Both the position numbers and the translations under genes were made by a program. A DNA stretch of 64,000 nucleotides from the human T2T-CHM13v2.0 reference genome, Homo sapiens: NCBI RefSeq assembly GCF_009914755.1, contig NC_060939.1. One strand, 5' to 3'. Positions within the stretch are counted from its first letter, which is position 1; each line of letters begins with the position of its first letter. This document shows, piece after piece, positions 54,677 through 64,000 of this stretch. The notes under the pieces are model-generated. The model had not been told where the DNA came from, made no database searches, and worked only from the letters and a program-made list of their open reading frames with translations.

Positions 54677-55982
54677 GTTGGTATGGCTTGGGTTCTGGGG
54701 CACACCCTGAAGCTGCATACCCCTGTCTTCCTACAGTGTGCCTGGTGGGGCGGGGGGGTTCCCTCCCTGGGATTTGTGCTGTTTCCCCAGCCCTGACACT
54801 GGCTGGGTGTTCTGCTATGGGCAACTTCAGCCACCTCAGCTGGCCTCTAGGACCTGCCCCAGAGTGACAAAAACAGCCTTGTCCATAAAATTTTTTTATT
54901 ACACATTTACTTTTCTGGACCTTATTTCCCTTGCATGAACCCCCAAATGCCCAGGACTGTGCTGATGAGAGGGCCCTCAGTTACCTTGTCCTCCTGCACT
55001 GACACCCTTACCCTAACCTCAACCCTCTCTTGTGGGAAGATCTCTAATAGAGGAGAAAGAATCAGGGAGGGGGTTACTGTTGGAAGTCTGACTGTGACCT
55101 GTCTCCTTGCCTTTCTCCTCCTTCCATTTCCCTCTTCTGGGCCAGGCCTCCTCAGGCAGAACTTCCTGAACTCTGTCACAATTAAACCAGATGAGACTTA
55201 ACAGGATGAAAGCAGCAGTCCCTAAACCTTGTTGGATAAAGTGTTTGGTGGCCACTAAAGTTTGGGAAATGCTGGCTTACAGAGATTAACAGGTTTCCTC
55301 ACTGCAGACCTTCTCAGAGCCTTGAATGTGCTAATGTGCACTGTGAGTCTCCAAGAGGAGGTGATAGATGTAGAGTGTCCCAAATGAACCACAGAGCCTC
55401 CCCCCACTCCCACAGAGCATTGTTCATATCTAGCAGCTTCCAACTGGGGAAAGCTTGATTTAAAACAATGTACAGTAGTATGTGTGTATACCTGGTAGAG
55501 TCAGTTTCCCTGGGGGTATGTGCATCTGAAGAAAGGAGTATATCCGAGCTCCCACTAACTCATCCAGCTATGCATCAGCATTCTGTGCATGGTTCCAGAG
55601 CAATTTGGTGGTGTCAGGTGCTCTTCTGGGCATTGGAGATGCAAAGCCTGGCCTCCCTCCATATCAGAAGGTTAGGATGCCTCTGTAGAGCAGGGGAGAG
55701 TCTGACCTAGCAGCCTCACCCAGCAGCCACACCTGCCTGTGACCTTCCTCGCCCTTCACCAGGAGAAGAATGACTGAGTCCTCTTTGGCATCGGGGTGTG
55801 ACTTTGCACAGGACTCTGGCAACCACGAGTGGGGAGTTACCAGTGGGAAAGTGGCTCCAGCAGCCCCGTAGAAATGTTTTCTAGACTTCAGTTCCTGACC
55901 ACCTTGCTGATTTCAGCCATATCTGGGAACGATTTGCACTATCATTTGCTCCATGTATTTTTCTTTAAGTTGACTTGCTTTA

Positions 55983-56444
<462 letters not shown>

Positions 56445-56861
56445 CTATCAAAATAAAAAGAATCTTTTTCGGGTCCTGCCCAGCTAACTTTTTTTTTTTT
56501 TTCATGGCACCACTGCTATGCTTCATGCCCCACCTCCCCCTCTAAGATTCTCCTCTCAGCAAGAACAAACTAAACCTGCTCAGTGGACCCAGCACCCTCA
56601 GTGCTCAGGGGCCCCATCTGGGAAGTAGGCCCCAAAGTACATACAAGGTTAAAATGCAGTGTGGCTGTTTTTCAAATGCCAAAGGAAAGAAGAGCTGAAG
56701 CAAAGAATGTAGCCTTGATTAGTTAGAATTGTGGGGTTTCCTTTTTTCATTTCTCTGTTTTTCAAATTGTCTGTAACAGAGTTCTCAGAACTGGAGAAAG
56801 TCACTGTATGTTTACAAACATCACCACCTGGCCCTTTCTTCCTCAGAAGGATGGCTTAAAA

Positions 56862-57065
56862 TGCACAGTTCTTACACTGAAGTGAGCCCCAGCATCACAA
56901 GGAGGGCTTGCTAAAACACAGTATGCCAGACTTCTTCCCAGAGTTGCTGAATCAGTGGGGCTGGGGTGAGGTCATCAGTGGGGCTGGGGTGAGGTCTAGG
57001 AATTTGCTTTTCTATTCAAGCTCCCAGAGGGTGCTCTTGCTGCGAGTCCAAGCTTTGAAAACCAT
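56862..57065. mobile_element. MER5-like fossil with internal 23-bp tandem duplication
   Basis: GGGCTTG.TAAAACACAG...CCCAGAG.T.CTGA.TCAGT.GG.CTGGGGTG...GAATTTGC.TTTCTA..AAGCTCCCAG. Confidence 0.7.
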
Positions 57066-57494
57066 GGGACCAAATCAATGAGATGGTAATGTGGAAGTAC
57101 TTGCAGGATGACCTTGGTGGTCTTCAGTGGTGGGCAGGCCCCCACATCCAGTGGGTTGTGTGGATGGTGGCCCCCGCATCTCACACAAAGTACAACCTGT
57201 GTAGCCCATGGCCCTGTGGGCACCTGGGGGAGCTTCCCAGTTCCCTACCTCCCTCCTTCCTTTCTCCCTGTCCTTCTGCCTTCTTTTCTCCCTATACTTC
57301 CTTCCTTCCTTCTTTCCTTTCTTCATTTCCAAGACACTTTACACAGTTCCATTAGAAAGCATTTGGACACGTTGCTGAGCTCTTGAGAGAAAAATTTTAC
57401 TGTGGAAAGAATGGAGTTTAGATTCTACATTTGAGCTTAAAGTGGGGCAGAGTTAATAAACCCACACTTCATCTTTCTTCCTTCTTTCCTACAG

Positions 57495-60400
57495 GGATCC
57501 TTCCTACTTGGCCTCCCACTGGCGCAGCAACAGAGGAAAGTACAGAAGGCCCTTCTGCAACTGAAGTGCCCTCTGCCTCAGAGGAACCATCCCCCTCAGA
57601 GGTGCCATTCCCCTCAGAGGAGCCATCCCCCTCAGAGGAACCATTCCCCTCAGTGAGGCCATTCCCCTCAGTGGAGCTGTTCCCCTCAGAGGAGCCATTC
57701 CCCTCCAAGGAGCCATCCCCCTCAGAGGAACCATCAGCCTCGGAAGAGCCGTATACACCTTCACCCCCCGTGCCCAGCTGGACTGAGCTGCCCAGCTCTG
57801 GGGAGGAATCTGGGGCCCCTGATGTCAGTGGTGACTTCACAGGCAGTGGAGATGTTTCAGGACACCTTGACTTCAGTGGGCAGCTGTCAGGGGACAGGGC
57901 AAGTGGACTGCCCTCTGGAGACCTGGACTCCAGTGGTCTTACTTCCACAGTGGGCTCAGGCCTGCCTGTGGAAAGTGGACTACCCTCAGGGGATGAAGAG
58001 AGAATTGAGTGGCCCAGCACTCCTACGGTTGGTGAACTGCCCTCTGGAGCTGAGATCCTAGAGGGCTCTGCCTCTGGAGTTGGGGATCTCAGTGGACTTC
58101 CTTCTGGAGAAGTTCTAGAGACCTCTGCCTCTGGAGTAGGAGACCTCAGTGGGCTTCCTTCTGGAGAAGTTCTAGAGACCACTGCCCCTGGAGTAGAGGA
58201 CATCAGCGGGCTTCCTTCTGGAGAAGTTCTAGAGACCACTGCCCCTGGAGTAGAGGACATCAGCGGGCTTCCTTCTGGAGAAGTTCTAGAGACCACTGCC
58301 CCTGGAGTAGAGGACATCAGCGGGCTTCCTTCTGGAGAAGTTCTAGAGACCACTGCCCCTGGAGTAGAGGACATCAGCGGGCTTCCTTCTGGAGAAGTTC
58401 TAGAGACCACTGCCCCTGGAGTAGAGGACATCAGCGGGCTTCCTTCTGGAGAAGTTCTAGAGACCACTGCCCCTGGAGTAGAGGACATCAGCGGGCTTCC
58501 TTCTGGAGAAGTTCTAGAGACCGCTGCCCCTGGAGTAGAGGACATCAGCGGGCTTCCTTCTGGAGAAGTTCTAGAGACCGCTGCCCCTGGAGTAGAGGAC
58601 ATCAGCGGGCTTCCTTCTGGAGAAGTTCTAGAGACCGCTGCCCCTGGAGTAGAGGACATCAGCGGGCTTCCTTCTGGAGAAGTTCTAGAGACCGCTGCCC
58701 CTGGAGTAGAGGACATCAGCGGGCTTCCTTCTGGAGAAGTTCTAGAGACCGCTGCCCCTGGAGTAGAGGACATCAGCGGGCTTCCTTCTGGAGAAGTTCT
58801 AGAGACCGCTGCCCCTGGAGTAGAGGACATCAGCGGGCTTCCTTCTGGAGAAGTTCTAGAGACCGCTGCCCCTGGAGTAGAGGACATCAGCGGGCTTCCT
58901 TCTGGAGAAGTTCTAGAGACTGCTGCCCCTGGAGTAGAGGACATCAGCGGGCTTCCTTCTGGAGAAGTTCTAGAGACTGCTGCCCCTGGAGTAGAGGACA
59001 TCAGCGGGCTTCCTTCTGGAGAAGTTCTAGAGACTGCTGCCCCTGGAGTAGAGGACATCAGCGGGCTTCCTTCTGGAGAAGTTCTAGAGACTGCTGCCCC
59101 TGGAGTAGAGGACATCAGCGGGCTTCCTTCTGGAGAAGTTCTAGAGACTGCTGCCCCTGGAGTAGAGGACATCAGCGGGCTTCCTTCTGGAGAAGTTCTA
59201 GAGACTGCTGCCCCTGGAGTAGAGGACATCAGCGGGCTTCCTTCTGGAGAAGTTCTAGAGACTGCTGCCCCTGGAGTAGAGGACATCAGCGGGCTTCCTT
59301 CTGGAGAAGTTCTAGAGACTGCTGCCCCTGGAGTAGAGGACATCAGCGGGCTTCCTTCTGGAGAAGTTCTAGAGACTGCTGCCCCTGGAGTAGAGGACAT
59401 CAGCGGGCTTCCTTCTGGAGAAGTTCTAGAGACTACTGCCCCTGGAGTAGAGGAGATCAGCGGGCTTCCTTCTGGAGAAGTTCTAGAGACTACTGCCCCT
59501 GGAGTAGATGAGATCAGTGGGCTTCCTTCTGGAGAAGTTCTAGAGACTACTGCCCCTGGAGTAGAGGAGATCAGCGGGCTTCCTTCTGGAGAAGTTCTAG
59601 AGACTTCTACCTCTGCGGTAGGGGACCTCAGTGGACTTCCTTCTGGAGGAGAAGTTCTAGAGATTTCTGTCTCTGGAGTAGAGGACATCAGTGGGCTTCC
59701 TTCTGGAGAGGTTGTAGAGACTTCTGCCTCTGGAATAGAGGATGTCAGTGAACTTCCTTCAGGAGAAGGTCTAGAGACCTCTGCTTCTGGAGTAGAGGAC
59801 CTCAGCAGGCTCCCTTCTGGAGAAGAAGTTCTAGAGATTTCTGCCTCTGGATTTGGGGACCTCAGTGGACTTCCTTCTGGAGGAGAAGGTCTAGAGACCT
59901 CTGCTTCTGAAGTAGGGACTGACCTCAGTGGGCTTCCTTCTGGAAGGGAGGGTCTAGAGACTTCAGCTTCTGGAGCTGAGGACCTCAGTGGGTTGCCTTC
60001 TGGAAAAGAAGACTTGGTGGGGTCAGCTTCTGGAGACTTGGACTTGGGCAAACTGCCTTCTGGAACTCTAGGAAGTGGGCAAGCTCCAGAAACAAGTGGT
60101 CTTCCCTCTGGATTTAGTGGTGAGTATTCTGGGGTGGACCTTGGAAGTGGCCCACCCTCTGGCCTGCCTGACTTTAGTGGACTTCCATCTGGATTCCCAA
60201 CTGTTTCCCTAGTGGATTCTACATTGGTGGAAGTGGTCACAGCCTCCACTGCAAGTGAACTGGAAGGGAGGGGAACCATTGGCATCAGTGGTGCAGGAGA
60301 AATATCTGGACTGCCCTCCAGTGAGCTGGACATTAGTGGGAGAGCTAGTGGACTCCCTTCAGGAACTGAACTCAGTGGCCAAGCATCTGGGTCTCCTGAT

Positions 60401-62060
60401 GTCAGTGGGGAAATACCTGGACTCTTTGGTGTCAGTGGACAGCCATCAGGGTTTCCTGACACTAGTGGGGAAACATCTGGAGTGACTGAGCTTAGCGGGC
60501 TGTCCTCTGGACAACCAGGTATTAGTGGAGAAGCATCTGGAGTTCTTTATGGCACTAGTCAACCCTTTGGCATAACTGATCTGAGTGGAGAAACATCTGG
60601 GGTCCCTGATCTCAGTGGGCAGCCTTCAGGGTTACCAGGGTTCAGTGGGGCAACATCAGGAGTCCCTGACCTGGTTTCTGGTACCACGAGTGGCAGCGGT
60701 GAATCTTCTGGGATTACATTTGTGGACACCAGTTTGGTTGAAGTGGCCCCTACTACATTTAAAGAAGAAGAAGGCTTAGGGTCTGTGGAACTCAGTGGCC
60801 TCCCTTCCGGAGAGGCAGATCTGTCAGGCAAATCTGGGATGGTGGATGTCAGTGGACAGTTTTCTGGAACAGTCGATTCCAGTGGGTTTACATCCCAGAC
60901 TCCGGAATTCAGTGGCCTACCAAGTGGCATAGCTGAGGTCAGTGGAGAATCCTCCAGAGCTGAGATTGGGAGCAGCCTGCCCTCGGGAGCATATTATGGC
61001 AGTGGAACTCCATCTAGTTTCCCCACTGTCTCTCTTGTAGACAGAACTTTGGTGGAATCTGTAACCCAGGCTCCAACAGCCCAAGAGGCAGGAGAAGGGC
61101 CTTCTGGCATTTTAGAACTCAGTGGTGCTCATTCTGGAGCACCAGACATGTCTGGGGAGCATTCTGGATTTCTGGACCTAAGTGGGCTGCAGTCCGGGCT
61201 GATAGAGCCCAGCGGAGAGCCACCAGGTACTCCATATTTTAGTGGGGATTTTGCCAGCACCACCAATGTAAGTGGAGAATCCTCTGTAGCCATGGGCACC
61301 AGTGGAGAGGCCTCAGGACTTCCAGAAGTTACTTTAATCACTTCTGAGTTCGTGGAGGGTGTTACTGAACCAACTATTTCTCAGGAACTAGGCCAAAGGC
61401 CCCCTGTGACACACACACCCCAGCTTTTTGAGTCCAGTGGAAAAGTCTCCACAGCTGGGGACATTAGTGGAGCTACCCCAGTGCTCCCTGGGTCTGGAGT
61501 AGAAGTATCATCAGTCCCAGAATCTAGCAGTGAGACGTCCGCCTATCCTGAAGCTGGGTTCGGGGCATCTGCCGCCCCTGAGGCCAGCAGAGAAGATTCT
61601 GGGTCCCCTGATCTGAGTGAAACCACCTCTGCATTCCACGAAGCTAACCTTGAGAGATCCTCTGGCCTAGGAGTGAGCGGCAGCACTTTGACATTTCAAG
61701 AAGGCGAGGCGTCCGCTGCCCCAGAAGTGAGTGGAGAATCCACCACCACCAGTGATGTGGGGACAGAGGCACCAGGCTTGCCTTCAGCCACTCCCACGGC
61801 TTCTGGAGACAGGACTGAAATCAGCGGAGACCTGTCTGGTCACACCTCGCAGCTGGGCGTTGTCATCAGCACCAGCATCCCAGAGTCTGAGTGGACCCAG
61901 CAGACCCAGCGCCCTGCAGAGACGCATCTAGAAATTGAGTCCTCAAGCCTCCTGTACTCAGGAGAAGAGACTCACACAGTCGAAACAGCCACCTCCCCAA
62001 CAGATGCTTCCATCCCAGCTTCTCCGGAATGGAAACGTGAATCAGAATCAACTGCTGCAG
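57495..62060 (+). CDS. ACAN: ACAN exon 12 (4566 nt): KS hexapeptide repeats, CS1 with VNTR, CS2 with aggrecanase sites SELE/GRGT, KEEE/GLGS, TAQE/AGEG, ISQE/LGQR
   Basis: Long pyrimidine tract then TACAG|GG; donor GCAG|GTATTG; lies within ORF 57431..62095; dense Ser-Gly motifs. Confidence 0.99.
57563..57760 (+). repeat. ACAN: 18-bp coding tandem repeat, ~11 units of E-E-P-(S/F)-P-S type (KS domain)
   Basis: EVPSAS EEPSPS EVPFPS EEPSPS EEPFPS VRPFPS VELFPS EEPFPS KEPSPS EEPSAS EEPYTP. Confidence 0.93.
58064..59640 (+). repeat. ACAN: 57-bp (19-codon) coding VNTR of CS1: 25 near-identical core units plus diverged flanking units
   Basis: Exact 57-nt period from 58178 to 59602; unit T(T/A)APGVEDISGLPSGEVLE; each unit contains TCTAGA. 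Confidence 0.99.
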
Positions 62061-62968
62061 GTATTGTGATTTTTTCCCCCTTTAAATGTGCTTAGGTAGT
62101 TCAGACTGTAGCCTACTGCAGCACAGAAGGAGGCAGCATAGCTTTAAGGTTCCAAGAACAACTCCACCAAAGGTTAGCTGTGCAGCCTCAGGCAATAGTC
62201 TTCCCCTCTCTGAGCCTCATCTGTAACGTAAGAGTAGGATAATACTCTACCAGGGAAGATTAGGCAGAACATAAACATAGATAGATAAAGCAAGCACTTA
62301 GCATCACGCTCTGCATGCAGTGCACACTTGTAAAGATGAGTGATGTTATCGTTACAGCGGAGTTACAGTCCGTGAGTTTTTACACGTGAATTCAACTATC
62401 TGTACTTGGCACAGGGAGAGAAGGATGACTGTCTAGATAGTGCTAGAAATTCTGCTCATGCACCCTGCCCCGGAGTGAGTGTAAGATGAGAGAGTAAATC
62501 TGCTGATGGTGTTTATGTCTGAATATTTATTTTGTGCAGGGTTAAAACCTGCACAACTTAAGGAACTATGAAGTGTCATTTGGCTATCTGGTTTTAGATT
62601 CTGCATCCCCAACCCCATCCGTGTACAAAGGGGCTCCTGTACTATCATGATTGTCTCACCGTGACATAACTCCAAGTGCCGGGCAGCGGGCACTGGTAGC
62701 GGTAGCTGATTTTCCTTTTTTTTTTTTTTTTTTTTTGCTCTGGGGTCCCTTGTACCTTCCTTTGTGCTGAGAGAGCTTTCACAGCTAGAGAGCTCCCCCC
62801 GATGCTGTGGGCCAGGTGCCCAGGAGGGACAGAGGCCTCAGAAAAGTGCTGACCCAAAGCCAGCCTCGTGGACTTCAGGAACCTCATGCCCCAACTTTGA
62901 GGTCTTGGAGGCCATGGTAGCCAGGTGACTGTGTTCTTGATGCTCAACCTCTCCCCTGGGGGTTGCAG

Positions 62969-63082
62969 CCCCCGCCAGGTCCTGTGCAGAGGAGCCCTGT
63001 GGAGCTGGGACCTGCAAGGAGACAGAGGGACACGTCATATGCCTGTGCCCCCCTGGCTACACTGGCGAGCACTGTAACATAG
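62969..63082 (+). CDS. ACAN: ACAN exon 13: EGF1 module (known to be alternatively spliced)
   Basis: 114 nt, phase 1-1; TTGCAG|CC ... ATAG|GTAAGG; encodes PARSCAEEPCGAGTCKETEGHVICLCPPGYTGEHCNI with 6 Cys in EGF spacing. Confidence 0.95.
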   Translation, partial: PPPGPVQRSPVELGPARRQRDTSYACAPLATLASTVT

Positions 63083-64000
63083 GTAAGGCCCTCATTGGCC
63101 GTGGAGAGTGAGGGCGGAGGCGCTGGACAGACTTCTTCATCCCCCAAAGGGTCCCCAGGTGGGAGGAGGCAACCAAGGTCCACTGAGGCTCAGGCTGGGA
63201 AGGAGCTGCATGATGACATGTCAGGGGCAGAAGCCACAGGACAGACATGGCTTATCTTTCTCGAATGTCTAGGTTTAGGAGAAAAGAGTCAAGTAATTAA
63301 GTTGCTAAGTATTTTTATATCAGGCTGATGACTATTGTAGGAGTAGAATGAAAAATGTGCTTGAATTTTGGAGATGAGACTTCAAAGAAATATCGAGCAT
63401 GGGGTGAGTATTAAATACAGCGGGTCACACCTCTCCGCTCCTGGTGAGGAGTGTCTGAGTGGGGCCATCTTGTATCGTGCAGAGTGAACCCCACCAAGTT
63501 GCCTCCATGCTTGGGTCTGCGTGGGGTTTGGGTCCCCTTCTTGCCCTGAAGGAAATGACACAAACAACGGTAATCACCCAGCACAGGGATTCGTGGATGT
63601 AGGGCAGCTGTAACCCAGCAGCACGTCTGCCCAGGCACCCACCATGAGCCTGTTTGTCCTTAGCTATGGGTGAAGCAGCCTGTGGGATGGGTGGAGAGGC
63701 TGGGGACCCTCTGATCTGAGGTGGACCCCGGAAGGAGATGGTTAGAATCTACCTGTTGTTCCACGGACACACGGGAGGCCCGTGGTCATGAGGACATCTC
63801 ATCTCATCTTATCAACATCACCACCTTGAGGAAAGAAATGCCCAGTTACCACCAAGCTCATGTTCTTTCATTAGTTCTCCCACTAACCCCAGTGCCCTTA
63901 TCCCCAGCCTCCCTCCTAGGTCAAGAATCAGAGACCTAGGGTCTTTCATAAAAGGGGTCACTCCTAGGACATGTGCAAAAATGAAAAAACGAATCCTGGA

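Noticed and set aside
58178-59602. Regular repeat array superficially CRISPR-like
   Set aside because: No unique spacers; in-frame coding VNTR of a eukaryotic gene.
57469-60462. 997-aa ORF antisense to exon 12
   Set aside because: Shadow of the low-complexity 57-bp coding repeat, which lacks stops in that frame; no independent promoter or splice evidence.
62061-62095. Read-through of exon 12 into intron 12 giving a short alternative C-terminus (GIVIFSPFKCA*)
   Set aside because: Expected ORF overhang past a donor; I saw no nearby canonical poly(A) signal.

Overview
Human-type (Alu-rich, primate) genomic DNA carrying the 5' ~57 kb of ACAN (aggrecan core protein) on the + strand. It has a CpG-island promoter and non-coding exon 1 (~6082-6448), a 32.4 kb intron 1, and coding exons 2-13, all with GT-AG boundaries. 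The exons splice into one continuous frame: signal peptide, G1 (Ig + two Link modules), interglobular domain, G2, KS region, the 4566-bp CS exon 12 with its 57-bp VNTR, and the EGF1 exon. The rest of G3 lies beyond the window. Introns and flank contain Alu, MIR/L2, L1, MaLR/ERVL LTRs, DNA-transposon fossils and microsatellites; repeat subfamily names are from recall and are approximate. I found no second gene and no evidence of a new multi-gene system. The most noteworthy observations are local: (1) exons 2, 6 and 7 start with GTGA and rebuild donor-like sites after splicing; (2) the VNTR variant blocks cover all four states of one CpG; (3) two non-transposon local duplications in intron 1; (4) a 54-bp-arm inverted duplication in a Tigger3 element; (5) candidate SOX9 paired sites in introns 1 and 12.
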